Source of the DNA: Mobula hypostoma
Taxonomy: Eukaryota
Assembly (NCBI RefSeq): GCF_963921235.1
Contig: NC_086097.1
Coordinates: forward strand, 188,792,001-188,856,000
Reading direction: 5' to 3'
DNA: 64,000 nt
A program made the position numbers and the translations under genes. The notes beneath the pieces were generated by a model. That model made no database searches. It saw only the letters and a list, made by a program, of their open reading frames with translations, and had not been told where the DNA came from. Below, piece after piece: positions 27,301 through 40,079 of the stretch (positions within the stretch are counted from its first letter, which is position 1; each line of letters opens with the position of its first letter).

Positions 27301-29425
27301 TACCAGCCTTCCCACCATACCCCCGATCCCTTTAGCCACAAGGGCCATATCTAACTCCCTCTTAAATATAGCCACTGAACTGGCCTCAACTGTTTCCTGC
27401 GGCAGAGAATTCCACAGATTCACCACTCTCTGCGTGAAGAAGTTTTTCCTAATCTCGGTCCTAAAAGGCTTCCCCTTTATCCTCAAACTGTGACCCCTCA
27501 TTCTGGACTTCCTCAACATCGGGAACAATCTTCCTGCATCTAGCCTGTCCAATCCCTTTAGGATTTTATATGTTTAATAAGATCCCCTCTCAATCTTCTA
27601 AATTCCAACGAGTATAAGCCTAGTCGATCCAGTCTTTCATCATATGAAAGTCCTGCCATCCCTGGAATCAATCTGGTGAACCTTCTTTGTACTCCTTCTA
27701 TGGCAAGGATGTCTTTCCTTAGATTAGGGGACCGAAACTGCACACAATACTCCAGGTGTGGTCTTACCAAGGCCTTGTACAACTGCAGTAGTACCTCCCT
27801 GCTCCTGTACTCGAATCCTCTTGCTATGAATGCCAGCATACCATTTGCCTTTTTCACAGCATGCTGTACCTGCATGCCCACTTTCATTGACTGGTGTATA
27901 ATGACACCCAGGTCTCGTTGCACCTCCCCTTTTCCTAATCGGCCACCATTCAGATAATAATCTGTTTTCCTGTTTTTGCCACCAAAGTGGATAACTTCAT
28001 ATTTATCCACATTAAATTGCATCTGCCATGAATTTGCCCACTCACCTAACCTATCCAAGTCACCCTGCATCCTCTTAGCATCCTCCTCACAGCTAACACT
28101 GCCACCCAGCTTCGTGTCATCTGCAAACTTGGAGATGCTGCATTTAATTCCCTCATTAATATATATTGTAAACAACTGGGGTCCCAGCACTGAGCCTTGC
28201 GGTACCCCACTAGTCACTGCCTGCCATTCTGAAAAGGTCCCGTTTATTCCCACTCTTTGCTTTCTGTCTGCCAACCAATTCTCTATCCACATCAATACCT
28301 TACCCCCAATACCGTGTGCTTTAAGTTTGCACACTAATCTCCTGTGTGGGACCTTGTCAAAAGCCTTTTGAAAATCCAAATATACCACATCCACTGGTTC
28401 TCCCCTATCCACTCTACTAGTTACATCCTCAAAAAATTCTATGAGATTATACTATACTATACTATAAAGTATAACACTTTATTTGTTGCTTTCTGTCCAG
28501 TATTTGTTGCTTTCTGTTTTAACTGTACCACGACTCTATTGCCCTGTAGCTCATCTCACTGGCTCTGATTATGCCTCATCTCCTGCCTGTCCTTTCTATC
28601 ATCTATGCTGCATGCTATCTTTGATTTACTTCTGTTTTCCCCTTCCTCAGCCCTATCACTCCAGTTCCCATCCTCCTGCCAAATTAGTTTAAACCCTCCC
28701 TAACAGCTCTATTAAACCTGCCTGCTAGGATATTGGACCCCTTTGGGTTCAGGTGTAACCTGTCCTTTTTGTACAGGTCGTACCTCCCCCAGAAGAGGCC
28801 CCAGTGATCCAGGAATCTGAATCCCTGCACCCTACACCAGTCTCTCAGCCACACATTAATATGCCTGATCACGCTATTCTTGCGCTCGTTAACACGTGGC
28901 ACAGGCAGCAATCCCGAGATCACCACCCTGGAGGTCCTGCTTTTCAGCTTCCTACCCAACTCCCTGAATTCTCTCTTCAGGACCTCCTCTCTTTTTCTAC
29001 CTATGTCACTGGTACCAAAGTGTACCAAGACTAATGGTTGTTCATCCTCTCCCTTCAGAATACTCTACACCCAATCTGAGACATCCTCTACCCTGGCACC
29101 TGGGAGGCAACACACTGTGTAGGTATCTCTATCAGGCTGACAGAACCTCCCATCTGTTCCCCTCACTATGGAATCCCCTATGACTACCACATTCCTCATC
29201 TTCTTCTCTCCCTTCTGCACCATGGAACCAGGCTCAGTGCCAGAGACCCGACGAGATAGCGATTACTGAGGGGGATGGCCACAGGGGTGCTCTCAACTAT
29301 CTGAGCTCTTCCCTTTGTTTTCCTGACAGTCACCCACTTGTCTAACTCCTGCAGCCTCAGGGTGACTAACTCTTTGCAGCTCCTATCTATCTCCTGCTCA
29401 CTTTCCCTTATAAGCTTAGAATCTA
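24391..29425 (-). mobile_element. Middle CR1 LINE, near full length: ORF1 SGNH esterase plus ORF2 APE endonuclease and RT, decayed
   Basis: ORF1 VHFGTSD..SGLLPVPR..DRLHLN (28684-29028); EN GGGVA..VVYRPPN..GDFN (26660-27058); RT SPGPDGIHP and KFADDTK; (CATAAGA)-like tail at 24391. Confidence 0.9.
27197..28466 (-). mobile_element. Inner, youngest CR1 LINE, 5'-truncated
   Basis: 284-aa open RT segment (27558-28412); (CATAGAAA)n tail; AAGTA TSD at 27192-27196 and 28467-28471. Confidence 0.9.
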
Positions 29426-31094
29426 AGTCCCTTTGAATACCTTCCAATAATGTTCCCACTACTGATGTCAGGCTCACCAGCCCATAATTTCCTGATTTAC
29501 TCTTGGAGCCTTTCTTAAACAACAGAACAACATTAGCTATCCTCCAATACTTCGACACCTCAGGGATATTTTAAATATCTCCGCTAAAGCCCTTTACAAT
29601 TTGTTCCAGCCTGCCTATAGCTGCTATGTACCTCCCTTTTCTTAACCAGGTCCTCAATATTTCTTGAAAACCATGGTTTCCTAAACCTGTTATCCTTGTC
29701 TTTTAATCTGGCAGGAACATACAAACTAGGTGCTCTCAAAGTTTTCCTTTTGAAGGCCTTCCACTTACTGAGTATACCTTTGCAAGAACCTGTCCCAATC
29801 CACACTTGCCAATTCCTTTCTGATATCATCAAAATTGTCCTTTCTTCAATTTAGAATCTCAACCCAGGGAGCAGACCTATCCTTTGTCATAATTACCTCG
29901 AAGGTAATGGCATTATGATCACTGGATGCAAAGTGTTCTCTGACACAAACTTCTGTCACCTCTCCTGTCTCATTTCTTAATAAGAGATCCAGTGTGGCAC
30001 TCTTTCTAATTGGGATTTCTCTTTCTTGAATGTGATTATGATGCTGTTTTGCTACTTTGAACGTTTCAGTGTTATCACTAGTTGAGAAACACTTTTATTT
30101 CAGCAAGTAAATGAAAAGAAGTAGCTTTGGTGGCTTCTCAAAAGTAAGCAACACCTAGAGAACATCTTTCATTTTTTTATTATCAGTGAGTAAATATAAC
30201 TAAGTTATTTGTTAAAATTTAGTTTTTTAACTGTAGTCATGTCACATTTAATAAACAAACGCTCGTACTAGCTTCAACAGAGGCAAATTTAATTTACATT
30301 TCCAAATTAACAGAACAAATAATTTTTGTTCTGATATTACTTGGTCTATCCAGAACTGGATTTCTTGTGGATTACTTGGTCCCTCCAGAAATGGATCACT
30401 ATGTGTGTGTTGCTTGGATTTCCAGTAATGCAGATTTTCTTTTGTTTGGAGTTCTTGTCATAGTGCCAAAATTACTAATGTTTCATCAAAGATTTAGTTC
30501 AGACTTGTGAATTATGGATTGTGTGGTTTTCAGGCAACTTATAATGAATAATTGTTACTCCACAGTCTTCAGTGATCTAATGCCCACTGAAGACGAAGTT
30601 ACCTCCATACCATAAGTCACTACCACAAAATTTTCATCAGCACAGCACAACTTCAGCAAACTGGCCAAAATTATTTATTAAAAACACTGAAAGGTGATCA
30701 GCTACAATTTAAAAGGAGAAAATGTGCTTTAGAAACCAAAATCAATTCTATTTAATATGTCACCTCCGTCAATCATGCCTGTCCTCCTATTTTCCAGATC
30801 TGACGGAAGAGTCCTTGACCTGAAATACGGCTCTCTTTCACTCTCCAGTTGGGGAGTGAGTATTCTTTGTTCACGTGTCATACTCTTGCTTTTCAGATGT
30901 TAATTTATATTAATGCAATTAGTTTCTTCAAAGGTAAAAAAATTGCAAACCATTTATCGGGAGGGAACATCCTGATCAGATGGATAAGTGTCATTAAGAA
31001 GTCTAATCAGAAGAGGCACATACTATAGAGGGAAAGCAGTAGAGGCAACTATTCAAACTATCCTGTGCTGATGAAATTTTCCATGACAATCAGC

Positions 31095-31480
31095 ATCAGA
31101 ATCAAGTTTGTTATCACTATCTTATATGACATGAAGTTTATTGTTTGTGGCAGCAGTACAATGCAGAGACGTAAAAATTACGACCAATTATAAAATTAGT
31201 AGATAGTTCAAATGAAAACAATAATGAGGTGATGTGCATGGTGATGAACTGTTCAGAAATCTGATGATGAGGGAAAGAAGCTGTTCCTATATTGTTAAAC
31301 TGTAAATGTTCAGGTCCCTGATGGTAGTAATGAGAAGAGGGCATGTCCTGGATGGTGAGGGTCCTTAATGATGGATACCACCTTCTTGAGGCACTACCTC
31401 CTGAAGATGTTCTTGATGCGAGTGATGTGCCGTACGATGGAATGTGTGAATTCCCGTGGTGCTCATTGCAAGTTCTGTAT
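31095..31480 (-). mobile_element. Rex1/Babar 3' fragment
   Basis: Reverse complement of HPGHALFS.LPSG and the AATAA/CTTGATTCTGA-type tail. Confidence 0.75.
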
Positions 31481-32656
31481 CCCAAATGCTGTGCTCATTA
31501 CTCTGTTCTTTCTGTAGAAATAAAAATAATAACGTAAACATTTTCTAGTCTGTTCGTATCTCTATAAAGCATTACTAACAGTCAGGATGTGCATGACCAT
31601 TGCTGACCTTGGAACTTGTGTCATCGCCACACATTCTTGTTTCTGGATTCATAGCTGATATATCCTTTACCTTTCTTTGAGAAGGATTAAAATTTGGATG
31701 TCCACTTTACACAATGTAATGTATCCAATTTTTTCTTAAAATAGCAATGGTTTCTTCCTAAGCACTGTGAAAAAGATTTATAGAAAGTTATCTGTATAAA
31801 ACCAATCTCTTAACTCTCCTTATTTCCTCACAGATGGTTTAACTCATTGGGACTCATCACTGCCTCCCCAGTATGAGGAAATAACTGGAGACCAAGAGAC
31901 TGCAAATGCTAGAATATGGTCCTGATGCAGGGTCTCAACCTGAAATGTTGACTATTCTTCCTCTCACCACTACCCATACTACTCAAACAACTGAGTTCCT
32001 CCGGTAAATTGATTGATGCGTAAGGGTATAATCTAATTATTTAATGCATTTCCTTTGAAATTCTTGGGCTTCTTTGTTTTAGTATAAGCTCAATATTTAA
32101 GATCTCTTCTCAGCTATATTTTTGGGTACCTGCAATTAATACTGCTGAAAATCATCAGTAGGGCTCAAAAATATCCATACAAAACATTAGCAATAATTTA
32201 TAATCTCAAATTTTATTGGAATCACTTTGATTTGAATACCAATTATTGATGCTATCAGGATGAATCAATGAGCAATTCATAAGTAAGTGGGATTTGGACA
32301 GTATGGCAAATTCCTAAACTTTACCTCAAAGTCTGCAAAGTTCAAACAGGTAACAATGCAGCAAAAATCAGCAGCAACCAGAATCAAGAAACAGAAGGAA
32401 TATGCAGAGTGGCCACCCTTAATAAATATAGGTGAATTTGAAAGGAAATGCGAGTTGGTGTCCAAACAATTAGTGATTTATTGAAACTGGTGAATACCAA
32501 GAGACCAAGCAAAGCTGATCAACCTGAACATGATTTTGCAAATGCGATTACATAAGATACATAATACACTATGTTTAGGTTCTTGCGTTTCTCTGATTAC
32601 TTCAATAAACAGATTTAACAGTTAAAGTAGGTTTCTGATACATTAAAAAAATTTAA

Positions 32657-33520
32657 TCTATCTATATACTACTAAAACTCTTATGCTCTGTCTGTTTGTG
32701 ACCTCCAATTAGCGCAAACGGTGCATTACAGCGGCACTATTTTTGGCTAAATGGAATTAAAATGCGCTAACTTATAGAATGCAGGCAAAGTTCAGGGTTA
32801 CATATTTGTACAAAATGCTCATTCGCCAAAAATCAACAAGCTTGCTTTGACCCAAGAACCGATCGGCCATCATGGAAATCGGGACGCGACAGCCCGACGC
32901 ATGCACGTGGCCAGCCTCAGCAGCGACACCTACCGGAGCAAAAGGGCAGGGCAGCTCTATTTCGAGGTGTCACATTCTGCTAATCACCATCAGCATGTGC
33001 AGGATTGGGACACATCTAACTACCACCCATCAATAAGAGATAATTAAATCTTATTGTAATGATGTACTCCAAAACACCCATAAAACCCTTTACTGCAGTC
33101 AAAGGACAGCGGTGGCTATATCACGTCCATTTAGGAGAGCACCAACCACATCATCAAGAATAATTAGCATCCTTTGGTGTTAGTGCTTTGTATCTTCTAT
33201 CCAGCATTAGGGTAAAAAAAATGGTCAGCCTAATTATGCCACGTGAAAAGGGACGGGGGACATTATGGCCAAGAGATGACGCCAAACGTGATCAGGAAGC
33301 AGCAAGGAGAGGGAGAGAACAAGAATCAGGTGAGGCCAGGGCTGCAAGACTCCAGAATCACAGAGTCAAGATAAAAAAAGATGAGAGAAGAAGAGACAGA
33401 AGAGGAGAGGCATGCACGTCTCCAGGATCAGAGACAAACAACAAACAGCAGAAGAGATGAAGAGACGGGATGAAAGGGCTGCATGTCTCCAGAATGACAA
33501 CGAGAGGCACAATGGTGGCA
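32657..33520 (+). mobile_element. Helitron 5' fragment
   Basis: A|TC start TCTATCTATATACTACTAAAAC...TGTCTGTTTGT typical of Helitron 5' ends; downstream ORF MPREKGRG..EAARRGREQESGEARAARLQN resembles the charged repeats at RepHel N-termini; no 3' CTAG end seen. Confidence 0.6.
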
Positions 33521-33522
33521 GA

Positions 33523-33795
33523 GCAACACTCACAACACATTGGAAGAACTTAGCAGGTCAGGCAGCATCCATGGAAATGATCAGTCAACACTTTGGGCCG
33601 GAACCCTTCATCAGGACTGAAGTGGGAGGAGGCAGAGGCCCTATAAAGGAGGTTGGGGGAGGGTGGGAAGGAGCAGACTGGTAAGTGCCAGGTGAAAAAC
33701 CAGTAAGGGGAAAGATAAAGGGGTGGGGTGGGGGATAGGCAGGAAAGCTGAAGAAGGAATAGGGGAAAGCACAATGGGTAGTAGAAGGAGGCACT
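33523..33795 (-). mobile_element. Penelope-like terminal fragment with degenerate hammerhead motif (33581-33620)
   Basis: Homologous to 58152-58400; the minus strand reads TCAGTC-CTGATGA-AGGG..CCC-AAAGTGTT-GACTGA. Confidence 0.75.
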
Positions 33796-33819
33796 TGCTC
33801 TGTCATTGTAATGTTCCCA

Positions 33820-34096
33820 CAACCTATGGACTCACTTTCAAGGACTCTTCATCTCATGTTCTTAATATTTAATATTTATTTATTTATTATTACTATTACA
33901 TTTTTTTCTTTTTGTATTTGCACAGTTTGTTGTCTTTTGCACACTGGTTGAACACCCAAGCTGTGCGGTCTTTCATTGATTCTATTATAGTTATTATTCT
34001 ATTATAGATTTATTGGGTATGCTAACAAAAAATGAATCTCAGGGTTGTACATAGTGACATATATGTACTTTGATAATAAATTTACTTTGAACTTTG
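33820..34096 (+). mobile_element. LINE 3' UTR/tail, probably Rex1-type
   Basis: Ends TGTACTTTGATAATAAATTTACTTTGAACTTTG; the same tail follows the Rex fragment at about 23000. Confidence 0.55.
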
Positions 34097-35134
34097 GAGT
34101 CTAGATTCCATTACCCTGAGAAAATGATTGTGACTGTCTACTTTATTGATGTCTGTCTTAATTTTATAAACATCCATGAAGTCACTCACAGCTTCCTATG
34201 ATTTGGGAAAATCAATCCCAGCCTATCCAGACACATCCCTAATAACTCAAGTTCTCCATATTTTAATATCTCTATTCCAAGTTGACAACAGACCTTGACA
34301 AAGTCCACAGGAGCTTTCAAGTCGATATATTCTGGATGATTATCATCAGAGCCCACCTTTCCACATCAGCAAACAATCTTGATATCAGTCTGAAGAAAAT
34401 AGCGCATTGTTGGAAACGTCATCAAATCTTTTCCTGCTTCACTGATTTAGACGCATGGTTGGAACTCCATTTGTATGTGCAGATAAAATTTCCACTAAAC
34501 ATCTCGAGTATTAAAGTGTTGGATCGGGTAGAACTCTGAAGCAATGCTAGCCATATGTTTCTTCTAGTTTTTGAGAAATGAGAAACCAAAATACGTAAAG
34601 TTGTCATTAAAACTATTGGCAAACATCTTATTTGGAACACTATTAAACTATAATTGCTCTTAAAGTTTTGTCAATGTTACCTCGACTGAGCGAAGTATGC
34701 AATCACAATACTATTTAATCATGCATGAAGTCGAACGTCAGCTGCTGGAGTTATGTTATCACTCCACATATCCACCAGATGGTGCAATCTTGCATTTCAT
34801 CCTCCCTCTATTTAGTGATGGAAGACAAAAAACATTCTTCTTGATTTCAGGAAAAAGATCTGAGAGATCTCTTCACATATTAAAAGGTAATCAAAAATTC
34901 AGGCAGCTGGGTGTTCATAATGCAGCACCAAGTGAATTCATCTACCAGTCCCCAGAGATATCAGTGCCCTGCAAGTTCAGAAGCTTTGAGAAATGTTATT
35001 AAAAATGCAGTTTAATTTCACTTTAACAATGCATCTATGGTTGTAGTTTGCTATAGTTTATTGTTTCTATGATGTCGATTGGCATAGTCTTACTTATGAC
35101 TGTAAGTATTATCTACATTGCTGGAGAATATGGC

Positions 35135-35366
35135 ATAACAGAGGTAAGGAGGAATTTTTTTTAGCCAGAGAGTGGTTAATCTGTGGAATGCTCTGCCACA
35201 GACTGCGGTGGAAGCCAAGTCCCTGGATACATTTAAGGTGGAATTTTAAGGCAGAGAAGGCAGGTGCATGGGATTGAGTGGGATCCGGAATCAGCCATGA
35301 TGGAAAGGCGGAGCAGACTCGATGGGCTGTATGGCCTAGTTCTGCTCCTATGTCTTATGGTCTTAT
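35135..35366 (+). mobile_element. CR1 3' end
   Basis: RNFFSQRVVNLWNALP motif and CTCCTATGTCTTATGGTCTTAT tail. Confidence 0.85.
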
Positions 35367-36533
35367 AAATATAATAATTATATATAAATACATATATATA
35401 AATATAAATTTTGTATTTATAACATGGGAATCTGGATGATTGATCTTGAATCTCATCTTAACAAATGATAAGTTGAAGTATTTAAATAAGTAAAAAAAAA
35501 CTAGTTCTTTGCTAATCTGCTGGTGTTTACCCCATTATGTCAGGAAAGTCATATGAAAGCAAAATTCCCAAATTGGTTGGGTAACATTTTCAGGGTTTTA
35601 TCTGATATCACTTTGCAGTGAATCCTTCACGGAATCCAGCAGCAGAATGTGTACTTGCTGCAATTTCCCAGCTGTCCACCTTGAACAGGAGCAATGGATG
35701 CATTCATTTCAATGGAGGGGTAAAATGAGGGAGAAGTGTAATTATTAGCTAGATTTAGGGTTTGTACAACACATAACTGCAGTGTTGGAAGTACAAAATA
35801 AAAACAGAGAATGCTGAGGATTCTTAGCAAGTCAGGCAGTATCTGTGGAAACAGAATTAATGTGTTTGATTAATGAGTAACCTAAGTCTGCACAGGCCAG
35901 CGGAGTTTTGAACAGTAGAGTTTTAAATGGATCACAAGAGCCTAATCTGGACCAATGTACTACTTCTTCAATATCAGGAGACAGACAGACAGATAGAAAC
36001 TAGGGGAAAACTCATGTAGCGAGGAAGTGAAATTGAGTAGGAAGACGAATGGATGAGCCTGGATAATTTGTTCTTTCCCTGTTCCCTCTGTCTCTCCAAT
36101 TCCCAAATGCCCCTCTAGCCTCATCTCCCAATACCTCCTTTCTCCCTCCGTCTTTTCACAATTTTGCCTTTTCCTCTTTCTCCCTCTTGTTTTCTCTCAT
36201 GCTTTCCTTTCCTTACCACCCCTAGACCAGATTAGAGGGGCTTGTGGAAGTTGAGGTAAGGCAAGGGTTAACATAACAGGCAAGAACAGATTGCATTTAA
36301 AATGCATACAGCCCAGGCAAGGAAGGGCTTTGAAGAGCATAGTTTCCCTTTGCAATCCAGGCATCTGGGGATGAGAATACAAGCAATACTAAGCAACACA
36401 AGGCACACATACCAACCCTGGGACAATTGCTTCACTAACTTCAAAGCTTCATCAGTTATTGGCTTGTAGCTTCTATTGACTTTTAACACCTGTACTGTGA
36501 ATGCTGATTCACAATAAGGAGTTCAGGTATACA

Positions 36534-39500
36534 GAGAGACTCAACAGGATGGTCATACCAGCAACGGCCAGGACAGGAAACACGACTACGAGGAAGCTAA
36601 AGCAAACAACACTGACCACAGAGGAATTCACGGTAAGGTGTCATTGCAGGAAAGTCTGCAAAAACATCAGAGAGCTCAAGATACACCAGAGCAGGTCTAG
36701 ATGTGGATCAATGGTGACCCAAGTGCAGTGCACTGACTTAGTGTCTGGTGAGACGAAGGAGAATTCCAGCCAGAAACACCCCACAGAGCTGAAGATCTCT
36801 CTGCTCTTGAGTCGCCTCTCGCCTCAGCACCGAACAACAGACCTAATGAGTTCCTCTTTGGCTACCCCAATCCATTCGTCAAGGAAAGACAGGATCCAAT
36901 GGCCTAGATTGTCAGACAACGTCGCCTGGATGCAGTTCGATGATGATCTAGATAGCATGCTGGAAGTTGCCTTAGCAGGTCCAGTACACAGAAAGATCAA
37001 CTCACTCACAGCCATAGCGTACAATCTAGCTAAGGAACGATTTGACCCAATGGAGCGGAGAAGCCAGTCGGAGTTACCGCGGCAACCAAATAGGAGGGAA
37101 ACGGAGATTCGTTGCTTGAGGGGCGAATTAAAGGCGCTCAACAAGAAGTTAAAAACCAGCCCACCGGCCGGAAAAGAAGGTATCAAGGACTTAATCAGTA
37201 TGCTGCGGGAAAGGCTGTGCAACCTCTGGAGGGCGGAACATCTGCGACAGCAAAGAAGGAAGAAAGAGAAAAGCCAAGCGCAGTTTGTGAGAGATCCATT
37301 CAGCCTCACCAGGACTCTTCTCGGCCAACAAAGATCTGGTATACTATCCAGCTCGAAGCCAGAGGTAGAGGAGTTCCTGCAGGAGGAACACAGCGACCCA
37401 TGGAGGGGTCAGGGACTAGGAACCAATCGGGCTGTGTGTAGACCGGAAAATCCATCAATTGAGCTGAATGTGAAGGAGCCTACATGGCAGAAAATCCAGG
37501 ACATCATCCGGAAAGCTAAAGCATCAGCTGCCCCAGGCACAAGTGGCATACCTTATAAGGTGTATAAGAAATGCCCAAAGCTTCTTCGGAGGCTGTGGAA
37601 GTCATGAGAAAGATCTGGGCCAAAGGTACTATTCCATCAAGTTGGAAATTGGCAGAGGGATGCTTTATTCCAAAGGAAGACCTTTCTTCCACAATTGCCC
37701 AGTTTAGGACAATTTCTCTCCTGGATGTGGAATGTAAGATTTTCTTTTCTGTGCTCGCAAGAAGGCTGACTTCTTATAAGATGCAGACCCACTATATCAA
37801 CACATCCATCCGGAAAGGCGGTATTCCAGGCTTTTCGGGGTGTCTGGAACACACCTCAATGATTAGTCATTTGATCCGTGAGGCCAAGCAGAAAAAAGGC
37901 GACCTAACAGTTGTCTGGTTAGACCTCGCGAACGCCTATGGGTCTATTCCACATGACCTCATCCTAGAAGGACTCGACCACTACTACATCCCATGATCAC
38001 CAGCTACCTAGGAGAATTCAAACTTAGATTTACATCAGCCCATTTCACAACTAGTTGGCAGGACCTCCAGAAGGGGATTCCAACAGGGTGAACCATCTCC
38101 CCCATCCTATTTATTATGGGAATGAACCTCCTATTATCAGCAGCAGAACATGTAACCCGCAGCCCGACGCTGGAGTCAGGCATTGTTCAGCTGGTTCTAC
38201 GAGGGTTCATGGATGACATCATTATAACAACTGTGTCACATGTCCAAGCAAGATGGATATTGGAAACCCTGGGTAAGTAGCCACTTGGGCGAGGATGTCC
38301 TTCAAGGCCAAGAAGTCCAGGTGCATGGTGATCAGAAAGGGCAAAGTTACTAGCAAGTTTAGCCTCCAAGTTCAAGGTGAGGTCATCCCTTCCATCCAAG
38401 GTAACCTGATAAAATGCTTGGGGAAATGGTTTAATGTGTCACGGACAGATGGGGCCAATGTCACCAATGCTGTGAAGCAGACAGACGAATGGCTGAAGAA
38501 GATCGACAAATCCAGACTTCCCAGTAAATTCAAGACCTGGCCGTACCAATACGGCATTCTGCCCAGGCTTCTCTGGCTCTTCACACTTTATGAGTTCCCC
38601 ATGACTGCCATAGAGGGCATCGAGAGGAGAACCAACAAGCACCTGTGGAGATGGTTGGGAGTTCCCCCAAGCTTCTCTTCAGTGGGCCTCTACATTCGTT
38701 CTGGGCAACTGCAGCTTCCCCTGTCATCTGTTGTGGAGGAATTCAAGGTGGCAAAATGCAGAGCTTTATTAAGCCTGAGAGATTCCAATGATGCCTTGGT
38801 AAAGCAAGCCGGTGTTACAACCAGATCTGGGCGCAGGTGGGCAGCCAACGCAGCTGTGGAGGAGGCAGTGTGTTCTCTGAAGCTGTGAGATATCGGCAAC
38901 TCCTGCATTGGGCTGCAAGGCCTCGGCTCAGTTCACTTCCAGAAGTGGGGAAACGCAAGCATAAGGAACAGGCGAGACATGATACAGGCAGAAGTACGGA
39001 TCCGTGAGGAAGAGAAGTGTATTTCAAAGGCAGTGGAACAAGGGTCCCAGGGTGCCTGGACAAAATGGGATCTGCCTAAGCGCAAGATCTCATGGGCAGA
39101 GTTATGGAGACTGGAGTCCTTCCGTATTTCCTTCCTCTTGCAATCCGTGTATGACACCCTTCCTTCACCATTACATCTGTACACATGGGGGATGACAGAG
39201 GATCTGAACTGTAATCTCTGTGGTCAAAAGGGGACACTGGTTCATACACTGTCCGGGTGTAAAACAGCTCTAATCAAGGACAGTACAGGTGACGCCATGA
39301 TAAGGTGCTTCTGGCTCTTGCTGACACACTAGAGCAGGAGAGATGCAAGAAGAGGACGGCTGGCACAGATTTGAGGAAGGCCATCACTTTCATCAAAGAG
39401 GGAGCTAGGCCTTTCGTAACCAAACAACCAAAGCCCAATCTGCTGCTAACGGCCAGGTCCTGGGAGATGAGGGTCGATGTGGGAAGGAGGTTGCGGTTCC

Positions 39501-40041
39501 CGGATGTGGTGCACACAACCCTATGCCCGGACATTGTACTGTGGTCAACCGAAGACAAGAAAGTAATTCTGGTTGAGCTGACTGTGCCGTGGGAGGAGGA
39601 ATGGGAAGAGGCCTACGAGAGAAATGTCTGGAAATACCAGCCCTTAGTGCAGGATTGTAAAAGACAAGGGATGGCAGGCATGGTTGTTCCCTGTGGAGAT
39701 CGGCTGCAGAGGTTTCGCAGCCAAATCAGCATGGCGGTTATTGTCAGATCTGGGCCTGGACAAAAGGAGCAAATAACAAGCAGCTCGTAGGATGGGGGGA
39801 GAGGCAGAATGAGCCTCTTTTTGGATTTGGAGTAGGCAAGGGGAGGGAAGCTGGAAGCCAGGAGCAGATGGGCAGTGATTTGGCCACCACTGCCAGCCCA
39901 CCAGCTGCAGAGTGTCGTGGAAACACTCGGTGAAGGTTGGGAACCAGCTGATGACAACTGCTCCTGGCTGAAGGCTACAGTAACCTTATAAGGTAACCGG
40001 AGAATGCACCTTAACGGGTGTATGTAACAAGTATACTTGCA
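36534..40041 (+). mobile_element. HERO-clade non-LTR retrotransposon (R2 group, restriction-like endonuclease), near full length with a disrupted ORF
   Basis: N-terminal zinc finger CHCRKVC..LKIHQSRSRC; RT QFRTISLLDVE, WLDLANAYGSIPH and GFMDD (FMDD at 38206-38217); CCHC CNLCG..HTLSGC; RHD and PDIVLWS..LVELTVPWE RLE motifs; 21-bp TSD AATAAGGAGTTCAGGTATACA (36513-36533 and 40042-40062). Confidence 0.92.
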
Positions 40042-40079
40042 AATAAGGAGTTCAGGTATACAATGATGCTGAGATATAT

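Larger units (their letters stand above)
23092..30020 (-). mobile_element. Outer CR1 LINE (23092-24390 and 29426-30020), split by nested CR1s
   Basis: RT sequence is continuous across the AGTCC duplication (24386-24390 and 29426-29430). Confidence 0.8.

Noticed and set aside
31833..31925. Acceptor followed by DGLTHWDSSLPPQYEEI (PPxY-like)
   Set aside because: Runs straight into a Penelope-terminus repeat; no donor or supporting exons
36501..36533. ATG start of the 368-aa ORF
   Set aside because: Lies in the flank/TSD outside the HERO element; fortuitous in-frame extension
39915..39960. Permuted hammerhead in the HERO 3' UTR (GAAACAC...CTGATGA)
   Set aside because: No UH cleavage site after stem III and no convincing stem II
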